Source: Asterias rubens (taxonomy: Eukaryota). From it: a stretch of 64,000 bases of DNA. Where the stretch lies: the NCBI RefSeq assembly GCF_902459465.1, contig NC_047068.1, forward strand, positions 11,532,001-11,596,000. The letters are read 5' to 3'. The position numbers and the translations under genes were made by a program. Position 1 is the stretch's first letter; each line of letters starts with the position of its first letter. The notes under the pieces were generated by a model. It saw only the letters and a program-made list of their open reading frames with translations, was not told the DNA's origin and ran no database searches. Positions 24,454 to 35,660 of this stretch are shown here, one piece after another.

Positions 24454-25515
24454 TCAGTTAGCTGCGATTAGAGACTGGTGACCATATTGGTCAGTGGACG
24501 GTAGGGCTGCGTTTAGGCTGTCGTAGATCATCCACGACTCATGGTTAGCTTGCGTGTGGTTGCTCTGGGAGGAGTCGAACCCCAGACCAGCTGGGTAAGA
24601 CTGTGGAGGAGGTGGAGTCTCGCTCCAGTACCCAAAGCCACCATCATCCTTGCCCTGGACGAGCGGGAATTCGCGACCCCCAACGGGCGACCGTTGACTG
24701 CGAAATCCTTTCATTGCCGATCGCTGTTTCATGTAGTTGGCGAACTCTGTCGGGGACAGCTGTTGAAAGTTAACTTTCTTGCCTGCGGACTTTAGCTTAG
24801 TGGAGCCGAATTTGGTCTGGGCAAAAGACGCCGCAGTGAAGGTGAGAGAAGACGGTCTCGAGAGTGGGGCTGCTGGTAGTCTTGGCTTACTGGAGACTGG
24901 GGCTGGAGAGGGAACTGTTGGGGGCAACGGGTGGAGTGCCTGCGGGTGGGGGAGGGGTTGGTGTGGGGTAGGAGTCGGGAGTCCCAGCTGGACCATCGGC
25001 TGAAATCCCAAGGCAGACACCGGTGATAGTGAAATCCCCCTCATGGATGACGTCAACGAGTCCATTGTCATTGGCAGGAAATCCTCAGCCTCGGGGTTGA
25101 AGTTGAACTGGTTCGGACCGGCCAGATCCAGTTCACACTGGATTGATCCAGCAGATTTGGCGCGCTTCTCGCGGTAGATTACTGTGACTGTTCCTTTTTC
25201 GCCCATACGATAGGACACCTCCCCTGGATCAACCCAGATGCTGAGCTCATGCTGGAGGGCATCTGATAGCTCTCCCGCCTCCAGGCCGCTCCTCTGTATT
25301 GCCATGGCAACGGCAGCATCCATCTCCCTGGTGCCAATGCGGAGACATCTGTAGCCCGAGCCCTTGCATGGGGATTCTGGGTACCAGTGCCCGTTGAATT
25401 TGTTGACGAGAGATTTGTCGAGCTCGTCGGCAAATAGGTCTTGTTTATGACGGGGAAGCTTGGAGCACAGCTGCTCCAAGATGAACGTGATTGCGCATTG
25501 AACTTCAGGCTTCAT
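24454..25515 (-). CDS. TOB: Tob (BTG/Tob antiproliferative family, CAF1-binding deadenylation adaptor), 353 aa, single coding exon
   Basis: N-terminal BTG/Tob domain (GHWYPESPCKGSGYRCLRI; LSIWVDPGEVSYRMGEKG), PAM2-like NFNPEAEDFLP, Tob-specific LTFTAASFAQTKFGSTKLK and C-terminal ...LIAAN (human TOB1 ends VMAN). Polypyrimidine tract plus AG acceptor at 25556-25555, 39 nt upstream of the ATG. Confidence 0.95.
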   Translation of the reverse strand: MKPEVQCAITFILEQLCSKLPRHKQDLFADELDKSLVNKFNGHWYPESPCKGSGYRCLRIGTREMDAAVAMAIQRSGLEAGELSDALQHELSIWVDPGEVSYRMGEKGTVTVIYREKRAKSAGSIQCELDLAGPNQFNFNPEAEDFLPMTMDSLTSSMRGISLSPVSALGFQPMVQLGLPTPTPHQPLPHPQALHPLPPTVPSPAPVSSKPRLPAAPLSRPSSLTFTAASFAQTKFGSTKLKSAGKKVNFQQLSPTEFANYMKQRSAMKGFRSQRSPVGGREFPLVQGKDDGGFGYWSETPPPPQSYPAGLGFDSSQSNHTQANHESWMIYDSLNAALPSTDQYGHQSLIAAN

Positions 25516-26203
25516 AATGACAGGTTGGAGACCGAGTGAAAAGACTTGTTTGATCTGCAGCAGAGAAGAGATAGAAAAAAACGGTACTTCGATTACTTCT
25601 ACGTCAGATATTGTGACCAGAAACTAAAGTTGGAACAAAACACATTGAAGTCACTTGCTATTAACATTTGGTAATTACTGATATGTTGTGTTCCTGGATA
25701 CTTTGGGTATATCTGATAAGGCTCACAAAACTACCGCATTGTTTATATATTTGCTTTGCAAATAAAGACAAAACCGCAAAACACCTAAAGCTAATAATGG
25801 TAATTTCTCACCAATCATACCCCTTTAAAGCATCATGAGTAACTCCGGCATGATTAGTATTACACTTTATCACTGCCACGCGCCGAGTCCTATACCCTGG
25901 ACCTGTGACACATCGTCCTCTCTTGGGATAGGTTTAAATTTGGATCCCTGACTCCCCCTATGTACAATCATGCAAGAATCGTCCCAGGAGTCAATCGAGG
26001 CCGTGGATGTGACTTAATGGCCTGTGACACATACCCTGGTGTGGGCTCATGGGCTCGCTGCACATTTCAATGATCACAGAGTAATCATGCTTAAGAAACC
26101 AGTCAGTAAAAATGTTACCCAAATGTTTGTGTGTGTATGGGGGTGGGGCGGGGATGGGGACGCACAACAAAAGGGGAACTTCACTGATGAGTGTATGTAT
26201 TTA

Positions 26204-26675
26204 TTACCACATGAGCAAAATCGTACTGCGTGGGTGCGCATGTGTTGGCTGACATTAAAACATACTTTATTGTGTGGGTGCGCATGTGTTGGCTGACATT
26301 AAAACATACATCACAAAAGGTGTGAAAAACAATGGGGTCCACGTTTGTCGCGACGAAGAGTTTAAACAAAGGCGTTATTCGTTACCACATGAGCAAAATT
26401 GTACTGAGGGCGCATGTGTTGGCTGACAATAAAACATACTTTATTGTGTGGGTGCGCATGTGTTGGCTGACATTAAAACATACATCACAAAAGGTGTGAA
26501 AAACAATGGGGTCCACGTTTGTCGCGACGAAGAGTTTAAACAAAGGCGTTATTCGTTACCACATGAGCAAAATTGTACTGAGTGCGCATGTGTTGGCTGA
26601 CAATAAAACATACTTTACAAAAGGTGTGAAAACAATGGGGTCCACGTTTGTCGTGACGAAGAGTTTAAACAAAGG
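26204..26675. repeat. ~175-bp tandem repeat (about 2.7 copies) with an internal ~46-bp subrepeat
   Basis: TTACCACATGAGC at 26204, 26382 and 26556. Confidence 0.9.
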
Positions 26676-27328
26676 AGTTCCACCATGGTCATTGCGTGCG
26701 CGTGTTTGTGTGCAACAGATATTGCAAGTCAAAAACCCAAGTTATACAGCCCAACAGTGTGTGCAATTCAAACTAGTTTGTTGTCCCGTTTCTTTGATAC
26801 CATAATGATGAACTGCGAACATTTGTTTTTTACATCACACGAATTCCAACTGGTATTTCTACAATGCGTGGGTTATTTTTCAATCGTGAATGTCATGAGT
26901 TGCTTGTATTTCAAGATGGCTTAAAATGTTTGAAGCGAACACACGTGTCCCAAATGCCAACCTTGTGACATTCCCTTTAATGGCATTGACCACAAGGGGG
27001 GCAAGCAGCGTACGAGGCTTCACCATGACTCGGCGGGCCCAAAACAGAGCCTTGAGGAAGCATTATTCATTCATGGGGTGTCTCTGCGGACCGTGAACGC
27101 AAGGTCTTGATAAATTAATACTGGGCAGTGTGTCATCGGACTTGACAATTTTTATCCTGGATAAGTTTTTTGTGTGGATATTTTAAGTATTTTAGAAAGA
27201 CTGACTCATTTTATTGAAGGCCACCATATGTAGTCAAAGGGATTGCACGTACACACATTTTTCAATTTAACCCTTCCCCATAAAATTTAGTGTTTTTTAT
27301 TATTATTAATTGTTATGAAATAAACACC

Positions 27329-27843
27329 TTAAAGACTCTGTACACTATTGGTAATTGTCAAAGACCAGTCTTCTCACTTGGTGTATCTCAACATATGCAT
27401 AGAATAACAAACCTGTGAAAATTTGAGCTCAATTGTTCGTCGAAGTTGCGAGATAATAATGAAAGAAAAAACACCCTTGTCACACGAAGTTGTGTGCTTT
27501 CAGATGCTTGATTTCGAGACCTCAAATTCTAAATCTGAGGTCTCGAAATCATATTTGTGGAAATTACTTCTTTCTCAAAAACTACGTCACTTCAGAGGGA
27601 GCCCTTTCTGTCACACGAAGTTGTGTGCTTTCAGATGCTTGATTTCGAGACCTCAAATTCTAAATCTGAGGTCTCGAAATCATATTTGTGGAAATTACTT
27701 CTTTCTCAAAAACTACGTCACTTCAGAGGGAGCCCTTTCTCACAATGTTTTATACTTTCAACCTCTCCCCATTACTCGTTACCAAGTGAGTTTTATGCTG
27801 ATAATTATTTTGAGTAATTACCCGTAGCGTCCACTGCCTTTAA
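27329..27843. mobile_element. R1 MITE with internal 131-bp tandem duplication, inside the putative Tob 5' UTR intron
   Basis: TIRs with TTAA at both ends; 27478-27608 is repeated at 27609-27739. Confidence 0.8.
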
Positions 27844-29291
27844 ACTTATTCAAGTAAATTCAGGATACAGGCTTCGTGTAAACACTTTTGCCGTCTCAAG
27901 AAATCAAATAAACAAAATGACTTGGATACGTTGTATCAGTAAGAGCTATTTTCTATTGAATCTATAAGGCTATACAGCCTGCGCTAATATTAACCTTCCT
28001 TTGAAAATATACAACAAAGGGAGTTGGATGAGGTGACTTCCGTCCCCAAATTAGGGATGGTCTTGAACAACAAGAAAGTATGCCATTGTTATCCTTAGAG
28101 GGTAACCACATTTTCTTAACACTGAAAACAAAAACAGTGCCAGAAAGAAAGAATTGGCATCAAACAAATTGAAATCAAAACATAGGCCGGAAAACAGCAT
28201 TAGTGAAACTTCCCTTTAATTACTAATAAAAATGCAACAAAATGTGTTACATGCACACCTTGCCATATGGTTGTATAAAAATGCACCGAACAAACGCTTA
28301 ATGTCGTTGTCCAAATGATTATTCGCTTTCCATTTATTTTGTTCTCTTTTTTTGTCTTCCTATTTTTTTTGCCAGGTGCAAAATTCATCAAATGTAATTG
28401 TTATAATTAAAAACATATGATCAAAACTCAATGTTGTAAACCAAAATTCATCCGTTCGTTTTGTTTGAAATGTTTAAAATGTCATAGTTTTTGAGCTACC
28501 AACTTATAAAGCATCATTTTTGAACAATTTGCAAAACAAATCAAAAAAAATCTGAAAGAACGTATGGTTAGGCACGGACTTACATTTTTAATGATCACAT
28601 TTCCCTATATATCAAACTTTATAATCATCTTTATTTATAATCACACTTCAGTGATTTTCAATTGTTTTCTAGGGGCTGACATCTAAACTAGCAGGCCTAA
28701 TGTCATCATTATTGCTATGAATGTACAGCGCAGTGCTGGTTGAGCGATGTGTTAGTACATGAGTATAGGTTGAGTGTTATTCCATATGGTTGAAGCAAGA
28801 GTTGAGGACATAAATAGTGAAATCCATGCGTGGGTGCTGTGAATGCATCCATTGCACGTAGCTTTAACGTCTACCTCATTATTATGCTCACATTCAAAAT
28901 AGACGCATTTTACGATGGAAAACAGCTCAAAGTTCAACCTTGCTGTCAGATAATATTTTGTTTACAAGGTAGACATTTTATACATTAAATTTAGAAGATT
29001 GCGACTATTTGTGTACTTAGTATTTGCTGTTTAACTAGGGTGTAGGTATCATTATGTTCCACAAAATACATTGGTCATCGCAGGTTGCACAAAACAACTA
29101 ATAACCGAGAATTGACAAGAAATTCAATTCAAGTCAAATTTGATAAACAATCTTAAAGACTCTACATAATAAAATACACATTCAACTTGACACTATTGAT
29201 AAATTAAACTTAAACAACAGAGCGTTTCTAAAATGTAAACACAAATAAAAACATCAACCATATCAATGATTAAAATAAAAGAAATACTCAC

Positions 29292-29420
29292 TTTTTGTGT
29301 TCGTTTCCGAGACCAACTTCCAGAGAGATTTCAATAGATGTTGAAACAGATGCTGTGGATGGTGCACTGTGTGCTAAGACCGCGTGGCTGTGTGTGTTAA
29401 TTCCTATCCAAGGCGGTTCC
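29292..29420 (-). other. TOB: Probable non-coding first exon of Tob
   Basis: Strong donor AAA|GTGAGT on the - strand at 29291 (plus tactcac), next to a CpG-rich promoter-like region. The 5' end is not determinable. Confidence 0.5.
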
Positions 29421-30050
29421 TACGTACGTAGTTCTCTCGCTGACGTCTGAACTATCGAATGTCACCTGCCGCAAAAATCTACCGTTTTTATTCACCGTCT
29501 CCCGACCATTGACGGAACTAGTTTATGTTAATTTGATGGTTGAGTGCGCGTGTGTGTACACCATCTGGACGATAGGTTTTTCCCCAATTCTTTTATCAGC
29601 AATTAATACGAGATATGTTTTCATTTGAGGCTCGTGACCCGGGAAAAGATTACAGTGTGGACTTGGTAACAAAGCGGCTCAGTGAAGAAAAAAACCAGTG
29701 TGGCTTGGAAGTACTTTGGCGGATTAATAACACCAGCTGAAAGGACATGAATATGTATGAGAGGAAGTAAAGTACACCGGCTACGATTGGCTGCCCGGAG
29801 CGGAAGCATAATTTGACAATTATCTTGTTTTGCTGACGTCAGTAGTCGGTATTTTCAGCTCAGTGTGATTGTTATGTATGCAAGTTTAGGGTTGCCGGCC
29901 GGCGGCCCACACGACTAGCAACGTGCTCGACGGCACGGCTCGTGGTCCAACGCACGACAAATAAAAAAAAAACCTTCATGGACGATAAGTATGCTAATTT
30001 TAGGCTCGCGAATCGCACGTGCCGCTTTTGGGTTTGGGATCGCGGACTGT
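29400..30050 (-). promoter_or_regulatory. Putative Tob promoter
   Basis: CpG-rich; TGACGTCA at 29834-29841, TGACGTCT at ~29443, CCAAT on the - strand (plus ATTGG ~29786), CACGTG at ~30017, GC-rich gccggccggcggcc. Confidence 0.5.
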
Positions 30051-31726
30051 CTGGGGGAACAAAGATGGGAACTATTTATGAATGAGATGGGGTTTGAGGG
30101 GAAAGAATTGATTGCCTATTGATGACTTAACCTTTATATAGACGCAACATTTTAGGAAGTATCCTTTTGGGTATTGCCCCGAGAGCAACTCGGTAACAAC
30201 TGTGTCTTTAAAATAAATATTTCTGCTTCAGTGTTGTTGTTGTTTACCTATCCCAGTTGTCTCTGACTGGAACACATTTTTAGGACAGTACAGTCTAATC
30301 ATGGAGGTAGAAATGGTTTAATAAAGCACCAATGAGGGTGTCAATATGTTATTTCAAGATAACCAGTCGGATAAATGTATAATTGATGAAGTGTCAAAAC
30401 TAAACAACCACATTGTTACTGATGAAGGCCATTTACATCAACCTCTAATCGTGCATCTCTTTATAACACATGGCCAATTCTGAATGCTGGTCCTTTAACG
30501 TTAATGTTCCTTCTGTCATCTAGTCTTCCATTTATCTGGTCTGACCATACAACTAGTATAGACCTGTATTCGCGAAATTCGCTGTTGGGGAGACGACCTA
30601 TATGGGGGACACGATGGAATGGGGACAAGTCGAAGGAAATAAAGTAACTACACCAGAATAACAAAGCAGAGCATTGTAAATGACCAATAAGAACTAGAAG
30701 TATATATACAAATAGTCATACAAAGTTTGACTGCTTCGAATGCTGAATTCTATACGAATCATAGGTGATTCTCGGAGCGCACTATTTTCCCGAGGCTAAG
30801 GATCAACTCGGGTTGTCGTATAGTTTTATACATTAACCATGTTGTGTCGAAGGTGTGCTTTTTATGTTCTTAGTGTTGGGGTAAGCTTCTGTAATGTTTT
30901 ATGTACAAATGACAAGGATCGACGTGTGAGTATGATATAAATTAAAATGGCCGCCAATCATTGGTAGTTTGTGGCCAATAGAAGAACCCCTCGTTTCGCC
31001 TTCTTGCTCCGCCCATTACCCCTCTTTCAATGTCATCAATATTGTTCCCAGATCAGTTTCTCATATGCCGTATGCACCAAGTTTAACCTCTTTTTTCCAT
31101 AATCAAATTGGATTCCAATTCAGTAATGCAACCACGGCCGTGGCCGAGTACCATATTATGGCCTTGCCACACAATACTTAATGATTTTACTTTCATATTC
31201 TAATATTTAATAACAAAATGGGCCAACTGTTTGTGTGACGTCATAATATCCAGGCTGTGTCAATCGGAAATGATTTTGGATTGGTATTGGAGGTGACCAT
31301 CTATCTCATATAAGGCTGAGTCCGAATTGGCTACAGCTACGGCTACGACTGTTGTTAAGGGTGCTGTTGCTAAGGATGTCCTATACTTCAGTGCATGATG
31401 ACGCGGCAACCGTAGCCGTAAGCTGTAGCCGCTAATTTGTACACGGCCCCAATCTCAGCTGCACAATGTTGAGTGGACAGGAAAAGTGAACCAATGTAAA
31501 GTATTTGTTGTCCCACTTATGCAAGTGTTTATTTTGGTATTTTACGTGCACTACTCATCGTTATTGACATGGCACATAGTGTGGCCTTTATCATGAAATG
31601 ATAACACAACAGTTGTTATGAAGTGTCTTGTTAGAGGACACATGGGCAGGCAGGATCGGAAAGGACGGGATACGAACCCTTGTTCTGTTATTGCTAGAAA
31701 TTTACTTTGGTGAACTTAATAGCTGG

Positions 31727-31919
31727 GTCTCGAAATCAAGCATCTGAAAGCACACAACTTCGTGTGACATAAGTGTTTTTTCTTCCATTATTACTTCGCA
31801 ACTTCGTCGGCCAATATTGAGTTCAAATTTTCACATGTTTGTTATTTTGTGCGTATGTTGAGATACACCGAGTGAGAAGACTGGTCTTTGCCAATTACCA
31901 AAAGTGTCCAGCGTCTTAA
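31727..31919. mobile_element. R1 MITE, one half only
   Basis: Starts at the central palindrome half GGTCTCGAAATC and runs to the TIR ...GTGTCCAGCGTCTTAA. Confidence 0.7.
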
Positions 31920-32143
31920 CTCGTTAACCACCGGTTATTTTCTTGTTTAGAACCAACACTTCTCAAAAGAGATGTTCACACCATGGTGACCGTGAACCTC
32001 TGTATATACTTCCACAGTGCAAAGTTTCAAATCGTATCCTCATATCGACGAAACTGTGACCGTCTTATTTAATGTTGGATAGAATACTAATGTTGGCTGT
32101 GGTATGTTAAAAACTGGTTACCTTTTCACGAAACCACTTGGCC

Positions 32144-32418
32144 TATAATAATAATAATAATAATTCGGGGGCCAATCATCCTTACTCGCAGCTAAGAGCA
32201 AGGGCGCCTTTGGCTGCCAGCCACATCAACCCATTATGACCACGGAGCACAGCCAAGATCGAAAGTGTTTGATTTTTCCCGAGGGAGGAAAACCGGATGT
32301 TCTGGAAAACCCTCGTGGCACAGCAGAGAACCAACGCACGACTCAACTCACATATGGCCCCGACCGGGAATCGAACCGGGAGAGGCGAGCGCTTCACGCA
32401 CACACCAACCATGCCACC
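32144..32418 (-). mobile_element. tRNA-derived SINE with (TTA)n tail
   Basis: - strand: A-box GGTGGCATGGTTGG, B-box GGTTCGATTCCC, central CCGGTTTTCCTCCC, then an (ATT)n tail. Confidence 0.8.
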
Positions 32419-32922
32419 TAAGGTGAAGTTTGCCTCATTGACAAGATTCGTGTCATGAATTGTTTTTCATGTTCAAATGTTGTTCATGTTCTTAATGTGT
32501 TCAACGGGACATGCCTTAGATTGAATCTTACTCTCCTATCTACAGATCTATACATCATTGCTATACATGGAATTAATGTTCTTGGATCATTCTGACTTAA
32601 TGAATCAATAAATCACAGTTATCAGCAGAATCACCAGCATGTTGTGAATTAGTGACTGTCTGGTGCTAGGAAAGGATCCCTTAATATTGTACCGACAGGG
32701 TCTATGTTTGGTCATGTAAAAGTCTCATGTACTTATGTGGGCTAAATATTCAACCACTAAGTTATAAATGGCTACATAGTAGGCCTATACGTGTACATAA
32801 ATAAGCAATATCGGCTCTCGTTATAAAAATATCGCTGGAACTGACTAAACTCTCTTTAGGCCTATAACAGAAACACAAAACAGAAATGATATTCAGGACA
32901 TCAAAATACATTATTTTATAAG

Positions 32923-33585
32923 ACGAACCTCTTTATAACGTGCTGTTTATAACAAGGGTTGGAACTTTATAAGAAGAACATCCTTATTACTTGAACCTCT
33001 TTTAACGTGTTGTTTATAACGAGGGTAGAACCTCTTTATAAAGTGTTGTTTATAACGAGGGTAGAACCTCTTTTTAACGAGGGTAGAACCTCTTTATAAC
33101 GTGCTGTTTATAACGAGGGTAGAACCTCTTTATAACGTGCTTTTTATAACGAGGGTAGAACCTCTTTATAACGTGTTGTTTATAACGAGGGTAGAACCTC
33201 TTTTTAACGAGGGTAGAACCTCTTTATAACGTGCTGTTTATAACGAGGGTAGAACCTCTTTATAACGTGTTGTTTATAACGAGGGTAGAACCTCTTTTTA
33301 ACGAGGGTAGAACCTCTTTATAACGTGCTGTTTATAACGAGGGTAGAACCTCTTTATAACGTGCTTTTTATAACGAGGGTAGAACCTCTTTATAACGTGG
33401 CCCTGTTTATAACGAGGGTAGAACCTCTTTATAACGTGCTGTTTATAACGAGGGTAGAACCTCTTTATAACGTGCTGTTTATAACGAGGGTAGAACCTCT
33501 TTATAATGTGATTTTATATTACGAGTGTTTTACGAGTGTCTTTATAAGAAGACATCTCTGAAACGGGCTGTTTATAACGAGGGTT
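32923..33585. repeat. 36-bp minisatellite with 22-bp variant units
   Basis: Unit TTTATAACGAGGGTAGAACCTCTTTATAACGTGCTG. Confidence 0.95.
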
Positions 33586-33699
33586 GCCTGTCTCTATTTT
33601 AAATTATTCAAACTGTTTGTACTTCATTTACATATTGTTTACGGGGTAAATATATAAATACATTAAGCCATGAATAATAATGTGTTTATGTATACGAAC

Positions 33700-34215
33700 A
33701 AAAATCAGACGCGGCAAAACATGTTTCGACTTCCGGTCGATCGTGTCAACAAAACAAGACTGTATTTATTTTGATGCTCGTATACACTACAGGGAAAAGT
33801 CATTGACATCAATGGCATTTACCAACTAAAGAATCCTGAGCGGATATGGCGAGGACCCGCGGCAAGAAAAAGAGATAGAGAGGGTATAAAGAGAGACGCA
33901 CTGGCAAGAAAACAAGGTTGTTTTCAATTTCATTCCGCCTTGAAAAACAAGACGAGTGCGTAATCGCCGAGTGCCAACGTGCATGGTAACACGATTGCTG
34001 AACCCCCCCCCCCCCCCCGCCCCCCCTTTTTCACTGACGTCAGCACTCGCCGTGTTGTGTCTTCCGTCCTGGTCGCTTCGCGCACGGTTCGACTACGATC
34101 AATGAGGGCTATTTTTAGCTGTGTGATTCGCTGCTTGCGCACTACGGCGAAACAAGCGCTAGGGCGATTGGGTTCTGCATAGGAGGATGTTTTTGCCGTA
34201 GAGTGATGTCACGTA
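33700..34215. promoter_or_regulatory. Promoter/enhancer-like CpG-rich island
   Basis: ACTTCCGG (ETS-type) at ~33728, GATATGGCG (YY1-like) at ~33843, long C tract 34004-34025, TGACGTCA 34035-34042, ACGTACGTACGT at ~34210. Confidence 0.4.
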
Positions 34216-34910
34216 CGTACGTAGCTCAATCCTTGCATCCTATAAGCTGTTATTAACAAACGTAGATGTGCTGCATGGATATTAATAATATATCTTAGTG
34301 AGATTCGGTTGAGATGGGGTGTATTTTTGGATCATGAAGGGAGGTTATGGGCTACAGCTCTTTCATTAGACTTTGGGGGTTGAAGGAATAGAATTCGAGG
34401 AAAGGGAACTGTTTGTTTTGACATTGATGTATTTTTGAGTGTATTATTTTGGGAAGGGATACCCTCATGCGTCATATGGGAAGAAAAGTACTTTCTTGTT
34501 GTGAACACTGCTGGGTGCGGAGGGGCTCGGTTTCTCCGTTTGCTACTATGGATGGATACATTTTTAGGGGAAAGTATTGTTGTACTTGGATGAAAAGAAC
34601 TTCCTTTAAATTGAGGATGTTTTCCATCCGGTAAAGTCTCGATGTTGGTGGGTTATTGTTTCTATTCTTATGATCTTTGTCATTCATTCCAACGGCTTCC
34701 AACGGACATTTGTGATGGTTTTCCCAGACGATCCTCTATCCATAATGCAATTGCCTAAAAGGCCTTTTCACACTGCCCAAAATCTCGGGTATGGGAACCG
34801 GTTCAGAACCGGAGACTTTGTTCAACCCGTTTCACACTGTAAACATTTCAATCCGCCTCCACTCCGGGTAGCATGACCCTAGCCAGATTGAAATCAACCC
34901 TGCCAGGGAC

Positions 34911-35239
34911 CTGGGGTCGATTTCACAAAGAGTTAGGACTAGTCCTAACTTAGGACTTAGGACTAGTCCTAACTTAGGACTAGTCCTAGGAGATAAACAA
35001 ATTGCATGGATAGTCCTAAGTTAGGACGAGTAACCCCGGTCCTAACTCGAGATAAGACTAGTCCTAACTCTTTGTGAAATCCACCCCAGGGGTCGATTTC
35101 AAAAAGAGTTAGGATTAGTCATAACTTAGGACTAGTCCTAGGAGATAAACAAATTGCATAGATAGTCCTGAGTTAGGACGAGTAACCGGTCCTAACTCGA
35201 GATAAGACTAGTCCTAACTCTTTGTGAAATCCACCCTAG
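34911..35239. mobile_element. Tandem dimer of R2 Harbinger-like MITEs (34914-35086, 35090-35236) sharing a CAG
   Basis: GGGTCGATTTCA(C/A)AAAGAGTTAGG / CCTAACTCTTTGTGAAATCCACCC TIRs; interior built of GGACTAGTCC palindromes; nested in a larger element with AGGCCTTTTCA / TGAAAAGGCCT ends (~34760-35430). Confidence 0.75.
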
Positions 35240-35429
35240 GGTTGAAAATCTCAATCCGGATCGAAATGGCTTTGTCGGCGTTCGGTTCACGCATTAGCCG
35301 GTTCACGTATAAAGACTAGTGGGAATGTTGCTTGTCTCTGATACGGTGTGGAAAACAAGCGAGTCTGAACCGGAGAGGACCTCGGTAGGTTTCAACGCGG
35401 TTCGAAATTAAGGGAGTATGAAAAGGCCT

Positions 35430-35660
35430 TCACTTGTTGGTGGATGTATGTCTTGACAAGCCTTGCTCCTCTTTCCATGTTGGTTGCCACATCACCAAGT
35501 CTGACACCACTTGGTCTGGGTTTTTTTTTCTTGCAATGTCCGGCAAATTTAGGTCTTCTTTTTCTGATGTGTGTGGTGAGTATGTAGTTGATTGGGGGAT
35601 GCAATCTTTCTAACTTATTTCAAGGGCCACCCAACCTGATGTAACAACCATCTAGATGAT
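35430..35660 (-). mobile_element. Second RTE-clade LINE fragment (degenerate)
   Basis: LDGCYIRLGGP*ISWKD followed by ILTTHIRKRRPKFAGHC...KTYIHQ, matching RTE LDGCYTR.LR..LNISWK / IRKRRLKFAGHC motifs. Confidence 0.7.

Noticed and set aside
24541-25433. Overlapping ORFs at 24541, 24779 and 25179
   Set aside because: Antisense or alternate-frame shadows of the GC-rich Tob CDS.
32923-33585. Short regular repeats resembling a CRISPR array (also the arrays at 4.4, 9.5 and 19 kb)
   Set aside because: Units are contiguous with no unique spacers, there are no cas genes and the context is eukaryotic; these are minisatellites.
34914-35236. Telomere-like TTAGG/CCTAA repeats
   Set aside because: They are internal palindromic subrepeats of the TIR-bounded R2 MITE, not a tandem telomeric tract.
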